A stretch of DNA of 63,429 nt, the filler included, from Octopus bimaculoides (Eukaryota), in the NCBI RefSeq assembly GCF_001194135.2. It is 6 parts of 5 records of this genome, joined end to end, with 100 filler letters (N's around TTAATTAATTAA, not from the genome) between each part and the next. Parts side by side here need not be neighbours in the genome. Positions count along the whole stretch, not along the records: positions 21,805 to 45,271 come from NC_068985.1; positions 45,372 to 52,593 come from NC_069007.1; 4 more parts are not named here. One strand, written 5' to 3'. This document shows positions 34,945 through 48,131 of the stretch, one piece after another. Made by a program: the position numbers and the translations under genes. The notes under the pieces were generated by a model. That model was not told where the DNA came from. It saw only the letters and a list, made by a program, of their open reading frames with translations, and did no database searches. Positions within the stretch are counted from its first letter, which is position 1. Every line of letters begins with the position of its first letter.

Positions 34945-35570
34945 TATAGTTGTATACGAGGAGGAAACCAAAAGTAAGTGGAAACGTTCTCTGTGGGACA
35001 AACTCGCTAGAAACACTTGATGCCGTCCTTAGGCAACAGTCTGCCCACCGATGTCATTCAGCGTGGTCGTACTGCCACGTGAAGCGTCTTCGTTCTGCAG
35101 TGCTTCTCCCTGTTCGTTTACTATATCTGAAACGAACGAACAGCGTGCTTTCGAGAAATTCTGTTTTCTGCGGCTGAAACGATTGTCATGCTTCAAACAA
35201 CTCACAAAGACGCTGCCATGAGCAAAACACAAATTTACGAGTGGTTTTCATGCTTTAGAATGATCATTTGTCGCTTGAAGACTAATCACGTTCAGGACGA
35301 CCGTCGACCTCCCGAACGAATGAAAAGATCATGAAAATCCATGAATTGATTTTGGAGGACCGTCACTGAACAACTGACGTTGATATGACTAGTGTGTCCT
35401 GGAGTGTCTGCCAACGAATTTTAACCTAGGAATTGCGAATGAAAAGAGTTGCAGCAAAATTTGTGCCTCGCTTGCTCACGGAAGATCAAAAGCAGTTAAA
35501 ACTGAATCCGTGACGTAAAATGAAAGAACATTTGGAAAAGAATTGCCTGTATCATGATTATTCGTGATGG
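34945..35570 (+). pseudogene. Mariner 5' half (TIR + HTH region), decayed
   Basis: TATACGAGG TIR start; RSGRPSTS, MKRVAAKFVPRLLTEDQK. Confidence 0.8.
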
Positions 35571-35689
35571 GTACCAAAATAACAATTTCATGATTGCTAT
35601 TCAATGCTCTATAAATAGTGTAAAATCTGTAAGACGTGACAAGGATAGCAACAACGGAGACTACGAAGCCGTGGCCGACAGAAAGAGAC

Positions 35690-36262
35690 TCAGCAGGCGT
35701 TTCGACTGCGTCTGCACGACGGGGTTTATCCCTACATTTTGGATCAGAGCTTAGGCTCAATTCAGACGGCTATGTGAAGCTGCTGGATGACTGTGGTCAA
35801 ACCCTAGCTGGAGAGGGTTGTTGCTGGAAAGCTATATGAGTAGCAGAAGGATTCGGCTCTTTGCTATACCTCCTGAAACAGTCAGAAGTGGTTGTCAGAT
35901 AATTTCTACTACAAAACCAGCTCCGGCTTCTGGCCTCCTAATCCCCCCGATTGTAATCTCATGCATTACTATGTGTGATGCGCGGTTGAGAAAGAAACCA
36001 GCCGTCCTACTTCGAAAATCTAGGCAAATCTTGTGACCAGGATCAAAGAGGTTTTTGAAGAGCTTACCAGGGTCACAATGAGGAACGCTATGTTTCGTCT
36101 TGAGTCGGTGGTGGAAGCTGAGGGTGGCTACTTTGAGTAAACTGCTCTCTCCCAATCATAATATAAGTTATGATTTTTAATGTTTTATTATATTATTAGT
36201 TTTGATAAGATGTGATTTTTTCCTTCATTGCAAACTGCTAAATTTAACCTGACAGCCTGTAT
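35690..36262 (+). pseudogene. Tc1/maT-like transposase C-terminal fragment with 3' TIR
   Basis: WPPN-PDCN.MHYYV motif, V.EAEGGYFE*, ends TTTAACCTGACAGCCTGTATA. Confidence 0.7.
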
Positions 36263-36326
36263 ATCATCCTCTTTGTGAGAATTAATGAGATATTATAAGC
36301 TACCAGGAAGCTTCCTCGTACTTACT

Positions 36327-36490
36327 AGCTGCTTTTGATCTTCCGTGAGCAAGCGAGGCACAAATTTTGCTGCAACTCTTTTCATTGGCAATTCCACGCT
36401 CAAAATTCGTTGGCAGGCGCTCCAGGACACACTAGTCATATCAACGTCAGTTGTTCAATGATGTTTTCATTCGTTCGGGAGGTCGACAGT
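36327..36490 (-). pseudogene. Second copy of the 35297-35500 mariner segment, inverted
   Basis: Its reverse complement matches 35297-35500 at roughly 90% with a ~34-bp deletion. Confidence 0.85.
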
Positions 36491-37265
36491 CGTACAAACA
36501 CTTTGTCTCCAAAGTTATTCTCAATATTTTCGCTGCCTTCAGGCTCCGAGCTGACAGTACTGTTTGCACGTCGGACAAAATACGTTGAATANNNNNNNNN
36601 NNNNNNNNNNNNNNNNNNNNNNNNNNNNNNNNNNNNNNNNNNNNNNNNNNNNNNNNNNNNNNNNNNNNNNNNNNNNNNNNNNNNNNNNNNNNNNNNNNNN
36701 NNNNNNNNNNNNNNNNNNNNNNNNNNNNNNNNNNNNNNNNNNNNNNNNNNNNNNNNNNNNNNNNNNNNNNNNNNNNNNNNNNNNNNNNNNNNNNNNNNNN
36801 NNNNNNNNNNNNNNNNNNNNNNNNNNNNNNNNNNNNNNNNNNNNNNNNNNNNNNNNNNNNNNNNNNNNNNNNNNNNNNNNNNNNNNNNNNNNNNNNNNNN
36901 NNNNNNNNNNNNNNNNNNNNNNNNNNNNNNNNNNNNNNNNNNNNNNNNNNNNNNNNNNNNNNNNNNNNNNNNNNNNNNNNNNNNNNNNNNNNNNNNNNNN
37001 NNNNNNNNNNNNNNNNNNNNNNNNNNNNNNNNNNNNNNNNNNNNNNNNNNNNNNNNNNNNNNNNNNNNNNNNNNNNNNNNNNNNNNNNNNNNNNNNNNNN
37101 NNNNNNNNNNNNNNNNNNNNNNNNNNNNNNNNNNNNNNNNNNNNNNNNNNNNNNNNNNNNNNNNNNNNNNNNNNNNNNNNNNNNNNNNNNNNNNNNNNNN
37201 NNNNNNNNNNNNNNNNNNNNNNNNNNNNNNNNNNNNNNNNNNNNNNNNNNNNNNNNNNNNNNNNN

Positions 37266-38159
37266 CAATTGCATGAACCAAACGCCGGACAGGGACGAGA
37301 TAAACTACCTGCATCAATTTGCTATAAAAGCAGGTAGTAATTTTACCTTGTGTTTATTCCTAGTGTAAGTTTTGAAGAGTGCAGCTCGATTTTAACAGTT
37401 ATTTTTTCAAAGCTATAATGGAAGTGACAAAGGAGCATATTGGAAATATTTTGCTTTATGAGTCCAATAAAGGCAACAACACAACGAAAGTGCGAGGAAT
37501 ATTAATGTAGTATATGGGGATCGAACAATAAGCATAAGCTAGTGCCAACGGTGGTCCCAGAAGTTCCGAACCGGAAACTACAGTCCAGAACACAAGCCTC
37601 GTCCTTAAGATCTGTAAAGCTCTGCGAGGACATCCTGCAAACCCTGGGGGAACAAAATCCCATCGCAACTGTTGAGGAACTAGCAGAAAAGCTTGGATTT
37701 GGTCATGCAACCATTCATCGACACCTGCGTGCTATCGGAAAACGACCATATTTGGTTTCAAAGCGAAAGGTGTTTTTCCATGTGGATAATGCTCGGCCAC
37801 AATATGTCGAGGATGACATTCCAAAGGCTGGAGCAGTTTGAATGGAAAGCGATGCCCCACCCACCATATTCGCCGGACATAGCTCCATTTGATTATGACT
37901 TATTTCGCAGTATTGAAAATCATTTGGACTGTAAAAATATGAATTCTGCAGACGAGGTCAGAACTGTACTGGAGGGATATTTTTCGTCACGGACAAGCGA
38001 ATTTTGGAAGAGGAGCCTTGCAAGTCTACCAGATAGATGGAAGAGCATTGTAGAAAATGGAGGAGCGTATATTTTTTTAATTAAAAAAGAATCTTGTTTA
38101 TCATAATTTTGAAAAATAAAAGTATAAAAAAACCGCATTATTTATGGGATGATCCAATA
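37266..38159 (+). mobile_element. Internally deleted mariner element
   Basis: MEVTKEHIG.. N-terminus, EELAEKLGFGHATIHRHLRAIG, deletion at ~37740, HVDNARP, HPPYSPDIAPFDYDLF, 3' TIR TTTATGGGATGATCCAATA. Confidence 0.9.
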
Positions 38160-40957
38160 TTTATGTAATAATGTGGAAGCCTCACCAACATAGAATTTTC
38201 CAAGCGTACCAACAGGTACCAATCCTGTGATAGTATATCTTTCATCTTCTTTATTTTATCGTATTATTTGATTCAGTCATTAAAGTGTGGCCATGCTGGG
38301 GCACCACTTCGAAGAATTTTCGTCAAACGAATCGACCCTAGTTCTTCAGTATTTTTCAAAGCCGGGTACTGATTCTGTCGTTGTTGTCTTTTGTCAAACC
38401 GGTTGTCCAGAGGTGGTACAGGACAAGCACAGACACAGACACACACACATACGAATATGTATACGATGAGCTTCTTTCAATTTCCGTCTACCAAATTCAC
38501 TCTCAAGGCCAGTGACTCTAATAGAAGACACTTCCCTAAGGTGACAGCCAGTGGGACTGAACTTGGAAGCAATGTGGTTAGGAAGCATACTTCTTACCAC
38601 ACAGGAAGGCCTATTTTTAAACTTTGACCGTTTAAAATTTATAATTATTTTTGGATTCGTCGCTCTCGTCAACAGCAGCATCATCATCATCATCATCATC
38701 ATCATCTGCAGCAGCAGCAGCAGCAGCATCATCTTCATCATCATCACCATCACCATCATCATCACATCACCATCATCACCAACACTAGCATCATCATCAA
38801 CATCCTCATCATTATTAATTATTAATTTCCATTTCCCTTTGATATGATTAATTATTATAAGTTTTTTGGATAATTTTTCGAATTTTAAAAGTTGGCATCT
38901 TTTTATTGCCGGCGAGGAGCTGCGCCTGCGTAGTAGATCTGAAAAAATTAGGATGTATAAACTGGAGGCATGGAATTGATTACCTCGTGTTTATATATTT
39001 TAGTCTTGGGTATACCTGTTGATAACGACTTCACCTAGCAAATTATCTTAAATTGCTAAAATAAGTCAGAAACTAATTTGGTCCAGGAGAAGGAATGGTA
39101 AAAGGTTTTATTTATCATTTCGTTCCTTTCGGGATTTTATCCCTAATAATGTGGTTCTAGAACCTAGCAGTTCTTTCTAGCGTAAGGAATCCCATGAGTG
39201 AATTCCTCTTATGTGTTTAAATATACACTATATCTTTATATATATATANNNNNNNNNNNNNNNNNNNNNNNNNNNNNNNNNNNNNNNNNNNNNNNNNNNN
39301 NNNNNNNNNNNNNNNNNNNNNNNNNNNNNNNNNNNNNNNNNNNNNNNNNNNNNNNNNNNNNNNNNNNNNNNNNNNNNNNNNNNNNNNNNNNNNNNNNNNN
39401 NNNNNNNNNNNNNNNNNNNNNNNNNNNNNNNNNNNNNNNNNNNNNNNNNNNNNNNNNNNNNNNNNNNNNNNNNNNNNNNNNNNNNNNNNNNNNNNNNNNN
39501 NNNNNNNNNNNNNNNNNNNNNNNNNNNNNNNNNNNNNNNNNNNNNNNNNNNNNNNNNNNNNNNNNNNNNNNNNNNNNNNNNNNNNNNNNNNNNNNNNNNN
39601 NNNNNNNNNNNNNNNNNNNNNNNNNNNNNNNNNNNNNNNNNNNNNGTAACCTGCTTCTCCAACATACTGAGAATTCAGAAATAGCAGCCAAAGAACTACT
39701 GATTTCAAAACTACAAATTATTACTCCAGATTGATAGAAGGTTTTTTCATACTGAGCTACCCGGCAAAATTGTTGATTATTAATTTTATTACTAATTGAC
39801 GATTCCCTGCCCTGCATATCTATATATATATATATATATATATAAATATATAAAGATAAGCATATTAAAAGGAGGTCGTGGGAAAACTCATTTAAATAAA
39901 AGGGGTCCTTGTTAGTGAAAAGGTTGGGAACCACTGGTATACGCAATTGGTTGAAACTACAAAAACCTGGCCGTGTGAAGAGAAGAGAGAGCAAAAGAGA
40001 TGCTACCTATGAGGCAGCCGCAAAGTGAAAAATATGATAGATTTTGCTCTGACTTATCTGAGGGGAAAAGAGAGGCATCTTACCTCTGCGACATATGTCG
40101 TGTAAGAAGAAGGTAAAATTCTGTTTAGAATTTCCTATTTATAACAATTCCGTAACTAAACTGGTTCAAAGTAACAATGTATATTTCATAGCTTATCTCG
40201 GTTGAAATGTAATTGACCCCAAGGTGGAATGAAGTTGATATTTGACTCTCATAAATTTCTTTGTGCAAATATAGAAAATAATAGAAAGAAGTTTGCAAAA
40301 ACATCAAAAAAAAAAACTGAACTTTTAATTCCAGATTGAGAAACCTGGATCTAATAGCTTCAGATGTTAATCAGACGGAATCTTCTGTTCATCAAGGGAA
40401 TATTAACTTTTCTGCACTACAGAATAATCCATAGCTTTTTAGCCAACTCTGTATTTAGTAAATAGATAGAAACATCTGGTTCTCGCAAACAATACTTTTG
40501 CTGACATGAAAAATGGGATTTGCTCTATTTGTCTCACACCGATCGAATGACCCTTTTAACAATTCATGTGATCGTGCTTATCAAACCACTTTTGCTAAGA
40601 CCTGAGTAAACTATATAAATCTCTTTACATATACAGCATATTCGTGGCTGTTTCTTCCATTACTGTGGCACGTTGTTCTATTTCAAAGGTATGCTAAATT
40701 GTAGAATATCTTTCCCCCATCTCTCTCGCTGTCTCTTTGTCTCTGTATATCTCGGTCTCTCTCTCTCTCGGTCTCTCTCTCTCTCGGTCTCTCTCTCTCG
40801 GTCTCTCTCTCTCTCNNNNNNNNNNNNNNNNNNNNNNNNNNNNNNNNNNNNNNNNNNNNNNNNNNNNNNNNNNNNNNNNNNNNNNNNNNNNNNNNNNNNN
40901 NNNNNNNNNNNNNNNNNNNNNNNNNNNNNNNNNNNNNNNNNNNNNNNNNNNNNNNNN

Positions 40958-40995
<38 letters not shown>

Positions 40996-41020
40996 ACACA
41001 CACGCACACACACATATATA

Positions 41021-42730
41021 TAGGAGTGGCTGTGTGGTAAGTAGCTTTCTTACCAACCACATGGTTCCAGGTTCAGTCCCACTGCGTGGCACCTTGGCCA
41101 AGTGCCTCCTTATCTTTCATTATCTTCTAAAGTGTTTGCATTAGAACGATTCCTCAACGAAGCATTTTCAGTAGAAGGAACTTTTCTTGTAACAAATGGC
41201 TCAGATTCTCTTATTTCAGAATTTTCTACAACGTGTTCTTCGCTTGTCACTTCCATCGACATTTCATCTGGAGTCTTTTCAAGGAGGACTTATTTACTAT
41301 CCTCAATCACAAAATGGCTTGCGTTTTCTTTGTCCACTTTAACTTTCGTAGCAACTGGTTCGTTTTCAATTTCAACAGATGATATCTGCTTACGTTTGAA
41401 ATCTTCTGGTATGACTCGCTTTAAACGTATCACTAATTCTTTTTCATTTGTTTTTCTTCTTCTAACCAGAATTATTAAATCCTTCGCCCGGATTTATTAT
41501 TATTGTTATGTTGTGTTCCACACAGAACCATTGTTATTGCTTTTTCAAAATGCCGCAAACAGTACCAAGCCTACATTATTAATAGTAGCGCTAGTAATAA
41601 TCCTCCTGTAACACATCGTTTACTCTCTCCTGCTCCTCAGACTGTTCCATTTGTTGCTCTTTCTCTTCTCTCTGTGGCCTTTCTCGCCGCACAAGTAGCA
41701 TATGGGAGGCTTGCACTCCACCACCATTTTCAATCTCATACCTTCGAGTAATATTATTTCTTCCGGAATCTTATTCATGGCACTCTCAGTTGTCTGAACT
41801 TCCATCACGATTCCGTAACCCCACTAGTTTGTCTCTTTTCGTTCTTGTTACTCCCAGGATCTTCGCATCCTCCCCCATATTATGCATGACTGCAGTAACC
41901 AGCCATGTTTCATTTAACTTTGGTGGTACTTTTCTCAACCTTACTCTGACAACTCACTTGCCACAGTATTTCGGTAGGAGAACCCACTCTTCTGTCTTTA
42001 TGGCCTCAGTGGATTGCTTTATCGCTTCTTCTTCGCTTGCGAATCGCACCTTCACTGGGCTATATCTTCTTCCTCTTGTTATAAACGTAGCAGCCTTTTT
42101 GACCTCTTTTAAACACTTCTCAATATCTTCTATCGTAGCTATTTCGATTTTCCTTGTTGATACCTTCAGTGCTTTGTATATCACTGTTCGTTTCTTCACT
42201 CCATTTGTTATCTCGAGCGGGGGCGTCAATTTAAGGTTGTGACCTTTTTCTAGTAGCTTACCACATTCTTTCAGTTTTTTCGGCTCAATTTTAACTTCTC
42301 GAACCTCCAAAGCTTCTACTTCAATTCCTCTGCCAGTTGCAACCGCATAACTGTAGCCCTTCGCTGGTTCAGTCACCATCACACTTCTTTTCGCCCGTTC
42401 TCCTATAAATGGAAAGAAAAAACACGATTCAACAAAAACTCGTTAGTAAAAACAGCAATTTGACCAAGGAACAAACGTGGTACACCCATGAGGGGAGACC
42501 TTTAACAATTATTACAATATCACCACTTACTTCAACGTAACCAAGAAAAACACACTGCCACAACCAAAATAGATAGATAAATAGTCAGACAGATAGACAG
42601 ATAGACAGACGACCATCAATCCATAAGTCCAAACACTATAGCCTCGGGCCGACCAAAGTCTTGTGAGTGGATTAGGTAGATAAAACCTGAAAGAAGCCTG
42701 CCGTACACACGCTCACACACACACACACAC

Positions 42731-42775
<45 letters not shown>

Positions 42776-42995
42776 TGTATATGTATATGTTTGTGCGTCT
42801 GTGTTTGTCCACCATCATAGTTTGACAACCGATGTTGGTGTGTTTACGTCACCGTAACTTAGCGGGGTACAGAGACCGATAGAATAAGTACTAGGCTTAC
42901 AAAGAATAAGTCATGGGGTTGATTTGTTCGACTAGAGGTGGTGCTCCAGCATGGCCGCAGTCAAATGACTGAAACAAATAAAAGAACAAAAGAAT
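41021..42995 (+). mobile_element. Family A SINE split in two (41021-41108 and 42637-42995) by a 1.5-kb insertion
   Basis: The head stops at ..CCAAGTGCCTCCT and the body resumes at ACTATAGCCTCGGG, contiguous in intact copies. Confidence 0.75.
41615..42400 (-). pseudogene. L1/Tx1-like LINE ORF1 (RRM-like region + CCHC knuckle), disabled
   Basis: ..VKVRFASEEEA..LLPKYCGK*VVRVRLRKVPP..PEEIILLEG..CYLCGEKGH; in-frame stop and frameshifts. Confidence 0.7.
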
Positions 42996-44640
42996 ACACA
43001 CACACACATATAAATAATATATATATATATATATGCATATAAATATACATATATATATNNNNNNNNNNNNNNNNNNNNNNNNNNNNNNNNNNNNNNNNNN
43101 NNNNNNNNNNNNNNNNNNNNNNNNNNNNNNNNNNNNNNNNNNNNNNNNNNNNNNNNNNNNNNNNNNNNNNNNNNNNNNNNNNNNNNNNNNNNNNNNNNNN
43201 NNNNNNNNNNNNNNNNNNNNNNNNNNNNNNNNNNNNNNNNNNNNNNNNNNNNNNNNNNNNNNNNNNNNNNNNNNNNNNNNNNNNNNNNNNNNNNNNNNNN
43301 NNNNNNNNNNNNNNNNNNNNNNNNNNNNNNNNNNNNNNNNNNNNNNNNNNNNNNNNNNNNNNNNNNNNNNNNNNNNNNNNNNNNNNNNNNNNNNNNNNNN
43401 NNNNNNNNNNNNNNNNNNNNNNNNNNNNNNNNNNNNNNNNNNNNNNNNNNNNNNNNNNNNNNNNNNNNNNNNNNNNNNNNNNNNNNNNNNNNNNNNNNNN
43501 NNNNNNNNNNNNNNNNNNNNNNNNNNNNNNNNNNNNNNNNNNNNNNNNNNNNNNNNNNNNNNNNNNNNNNNNNNNNNNNNNNNNNNNNNNNNNNNNNNNN
43601 NNNNNNNNNNNNNNNNNNNNNNNNNNNNNNNNNNNNNNNNNNNNNNNNNNNNNNNNNNNNNNNNNNNNNNNNNNNNNNNNNNNNNNNNNNNNNNNNNNNN
43701 NNNNNNNNNNNNNNNNNNNNNNNNNNNNNNNNNNNNNNNNNNNNNNNNNNNNNNNNNNNNNNNNNNNNNNNNNNNNNNNNNNNNNNNNNNNNNNNNNNNN
43801 NNNNNNNNNNNNNNNNNNNNAAGTACATGACAATTATTCGGTATACTTCTTACTTAGATTTCTTATATAGTTTTTAATATTTTTACTGATAGGACTGTAC
43901 TGATAGGATTTACTTTCTATATTGTGTCTATGTATAAGCTTTTTATCTTTCTATACTTTTTACTTGGATTTTATATTTTTATATATTTTTTATATATTTT
44001 TTCATTTTTTATATTTTTTTACATAATTATAGAGTTAATGTTTTTGTATTTTTCCACACATATTTTTCTGTTTTCTCCCCTCCACCCTGTTTTTTTCCTG
44101 TGCGTCTAGAGACACGTATATGGAACCTTATGTGCGTGCGTGTGTGCGTGTACGTGCGTATATCGATATATGTGCGTGCATGCGAAAATATGCGCAGTTT
44201 TAACCGCATTTTAACCTTATAGCTTTCCCACACTATTTCTTGCTTTTAACCCTATAAAAAAATGTTTTTTGCGTGCGTGTGAGTGTGGTTGTGTATGCGT
44301 GTGTATATATGCATATGTACATATATGTATAGTCTTTGGCGAGTATGTGGGTGAGCATGTGTGTGTTTAAAGCGAGGGTAGTTTTAGTATATAGATATAG
44401 GCGAATGTACGGATTGGTGCGCTTACGCGAACCTATAGACTTCTCTACTCCCTTACCTTTAACTTACTTAGCGGTCTATTAGCTTTTTTGTCTTAATGAC
44501 TGTCACCGCACAGTAATTTTTCACAGGAATTTTTAATGGCTGGATAACTGAAGAGATATTGTCGTTGGCTTCCATCCCGGCATCCGAAACGAAACTCGGA
44601 GTTTTATCATGGCTACCGAATAAGTGTCACATATTTTTAC

Positions 44641-44679
<39 letters not shown>

Positions 44680-44683
<4 letters not shown>

Positions 44684-45271
44684 TACAGGACGTCACCAAC
44701 CGTAAACAGCATCAAATATGAAAACAAATGAGTTTAATACGCAACAAACGAGAGAAACAAATGGAAGACAGGACTAGAAACACAAAGAACGACCCTTCAT
44801 CAGTTGTCGGTTGTCTATCTACTCCTCATTTCGATCACTGAACGATAATATGAGACTTCGAAGACAGTTGCTCCCATAAGTATCAAAATAAAATTTGGGA
44901 TTTATAGAGGGTTAAAGTTAGGAACAAAAACAAAGACAGCGGAGACATACAAGCAAACCTAACGAAGGTAAACATGGAAGGTCGTTAGACCAGAACGAGG
45001 ATGAAATGGCGAACGCTGGAGAAATATATTCTTTGAAAAGAGAAAAGATAGAAGAGAGAGGTAGAATACGTCCAGTCTTTAGGACAGTCCTGAAGGAAAA
45101 GAAAGATGATCACGTGAGGAAAATAAAGATCGACGATTGTCACGTTTGAGCAGCGAGAGAGAGGAAAAGAAAAAAGAGTGGGGAGAGACAGATAGAAAAC
45201 GCTGAAGGGGAGAAAAATGGGAGAGAAAACAGTATAGAATAGAGTCGCATCAAAAAGATTAAGATAAACTT
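44680..45271 (-). mobile_element. Unclassified interspersed repeat, distantly homologous to 58720-59302(+); Penelope-derived origin tentative
   Basis: Shared GTCACGT..GAGAGAGG..GATAGAAAA..TGAAGG blocks, with CTGATGAAG on the minus strand. Confidence 0.4.
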
Positions 45272-45507
45272 NNNNNNNNNNNNNNNNNNNNNNNNNNNNN
45301 NNNNNNNNNNNNNNNTTAATTAATTAANNNNNNNNNNNNNNNNNNNNNNNNNNNNNNNNNNNNNNNNNNNNCCAAGGTGCCATGCAGTGGGACTGAACTC
45401 GGAGCCATGTGGTTGGTAAGCAAGCTACTTACTACACAGCCACTCCTGCGCCTATATATATCTATATATATATATATTTATAGATATAATTTGATTAGAA
45501 GTTGTGT

Positions 45508-45569
<62 letters not shown>

Positions 45570-47354
45570 GTATGTACGTGCATATGTGTGTGTGTGTGTG
45601 TTGGTTGTGTGTACATATACACACACACACACATGCCTACATATGTTGACATGGGCACACACACTTGTTTCAAGTGGTTTTCATCAGCATGTTTCAGTAT
45701 GTGTGTGTGCGCGTGAGTCTATGTGTGTGTATTTGTGCGAGTGTCACAACATATAAATAGCAATCCCCATTTCTGCCTTCACTACAACCAGGTCAGCTCT
45801 ACTGAAACAACAAAGCAAGCACGAACAACACTTCTAAGGTTTGATATTATCATTTCTCTTAAGCATTTATTTACTTCTCAATTACATTTCAATTACTTAT
45901 AAATGATCATGCCTACATATATATATGTAGGAGTGGCTGTGTAGTAAGTAGCTTGCTTACCATCCACATGGTTCCCGGTTCATNNNNNNNNNNNNNNNNN
46001 NNNNNNNNNNNNNNNNNNNNNNNNNNNNNNNNNNNNNNNNNNNNNNNNNNNNNNNNNNNNNNNNNNNNNNNNNNNNNNNNNNNNNNNNNNNNNNNNNNNN
46101 NNNNNNNNNNNNNNNNNNNNNNNNNNNNNNNNNNNNNNNNNNNNNNNNNNNNNNNNNNNNNNNNNNNNNNNNNNNNNNNNNNNNNNNNNNNNNNNNNNNN
46201 NNNNNNNNNNNNNNNNNNNNNNNNNNNNNNNNNNNNNNNNNNNNNNNNNNNNNNNNNNNNNNNNNNNNNNNNNNNNNNNNNNNNNNNNNNNNNNNNNNNN
46301 NNNNNNNNNNNNNNNNNNNNNNNNNNNNNNNNNNNNNNNNNNNNNNNNNNNNNNNNNNNNNNNNNNNNNNNNNNNNNNNNNNNNNNNNNNNNNNNNNNNN
46401 NNNNNNNNNNNNNNNNNNNNNNNNNNNNNNNNNNNNNNNNNNNNNNNNNNNNNNNNNNNNNNNNNNNNNNNNNNNNNNNNNNNTATATATAATATAATAA
46501 ATGTGAAAACTACCATAAAAACTCATGTAAAATTAGCACCCAAAAGTTTTCAGAATCGCCGATATAGCCAGGAGAAATAGGTTTTCAGTTTAGATGTATT
46601 TACCTTAATTTCACTTACTTATGATTAGATTTTATTAAATTTTCATTAAATAAAAATAATTTCTGTTTAACAGGTATCACATTGAAAGCTATCAAATTAC
46701 AAAGTATTTGTGTTGTTTATAATAAACCCTATTTTGCATTTCTTGCCCACGAGAGATTATGTCCAATCTTTAGCATACTGCTGTATGTCTTCTCAAATCA
46801 TGATCACAGGAAAAATTGTTGATAATAATTATTAATAAAAACAAAGCTAATAAATATGCACAGGTGTTGCAAATTAAGTTTAATTACCAATAAAGATCAG
46901 CTTGAATGACACTTTACTCAACCGACAGAGGAAGGTGACCGATCAAACTGATTATGTAAACAGAATTCTGATTGGTCGAAAGTGTCTTCTTGTCTCAAGC
47001 TCTGATTTTCAGCAGATTCTTGTCAGAATCTTTGATACGGAGTATCAAAATTTTAATCCCTTTCACACTTATAGAATGTTATACAAACTTTAAAATTTGT
47101 CATTACCATTATTGTCAGCATGGGTAGAACTTCTGAATCGATTACTGCGAAGGAGAAATTAAGTACATTGACTAAATATGGTTAAGCATTTAAAACTTAC
47201 GATTAAGCACTGCTTTCTTCAATTTTGTTCTAAAAAAGCCCAAAGAATTAATCCCGCGTGATGTGCTGGTTGCCTCCCCCCCTCTCTATATGCCTTTCTC
47301 TAATCATGCCTGACCCTAGCTATATATAAGAAGTCTCCCCTGGCTGGCTCAAAC

Positions 47355-47700
47355 CTTTGCAATCATTTCATCATTTCTGCCAGTCGATGGTCTGTCACAA
47401 CATGGCTCACATTCACTGAGGTGTGGTCATCTTTGAACCAGTTGTACCTTTCATTTATATGTGTTTTTTTCCCATAGGATCATCTCCAAACTCCTTCTGC
47501 ATCTTATCAAAGGTCTGGACTTGTGTATCACCATATTTTTGGTAAATTTGATACAGTTTAGCAGAATTTGATACAGTTTCTTTGCTCAATGTGTTCAGTC
47601 ATCTTGACTCAAAAACAAAAATTGCACAGCACACTGTTCACATCTGTACACCATGCATGAATGTGGGCGAATGGTGCGACCTACAGACACCAACATTTTT
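47355..47700 (-). pseudogene. Mariner N-terminal fragment
   Basis: MTEHIEQRNCIKFC..GDTQVQTFDKMQKEFG..YNWFKDDHTSV..RPSTGRNDEMIAKV; contains an internal 20-bp duplication. Confidence 0.8.
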
Positions 47701-47832
47701 CTGCATGCTCAGGAAGGACACAGCCACCTAAATACTCATGTGGATTTTGCTCACATTATTATTTTGTGCAAAGAAAATCAAGCTCAGATACTTTTTGCCT
47801 ACATTTCGTGCATTTATATATATATATATATA

Positions 47833-48021
47833 TTGTGCCGGTGGCATGTAAAAGCACCCACTACACTCTCGGAGTGGTTGGTGTTAGGAAGGGCATCCAG
47901 CTGTAGAAACTCTGCCAAATCAGATTGGAGCCTGGTGCAGCCATCTGGTTCACCAGTCCTCAGTCAAATCGTCCAACCCATGCCAGCTTGGAAAGCGGAC
48001 GTTAAACGACGATGATGATGA
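47833..48021 (+). mobile_element. Family D copy; another at 49703-49985(-)
   Basis: Family core and tail. Confidence 0.9.
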
Positions 48022-48099
48022 TATATATATACATATATATATATATATGTATATGTATATATATATATCTATATGTATGTATATATATATATATGTATG

Positions 48100-48131
<32 letters not shown>

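Noticed and set aside
41102-42242. Plus-strand ORFs of 169 and 150 aa
   Set aside because: Antisense shadows of the minus-strand coding-like insert.
44780-44850. CGAAA upstream of CTGATGA on the minus strand as a permuted hammerhead (weaker analogue at 59150-59200)
   Set aside because: I could not form stems I and III between the half-motifs.
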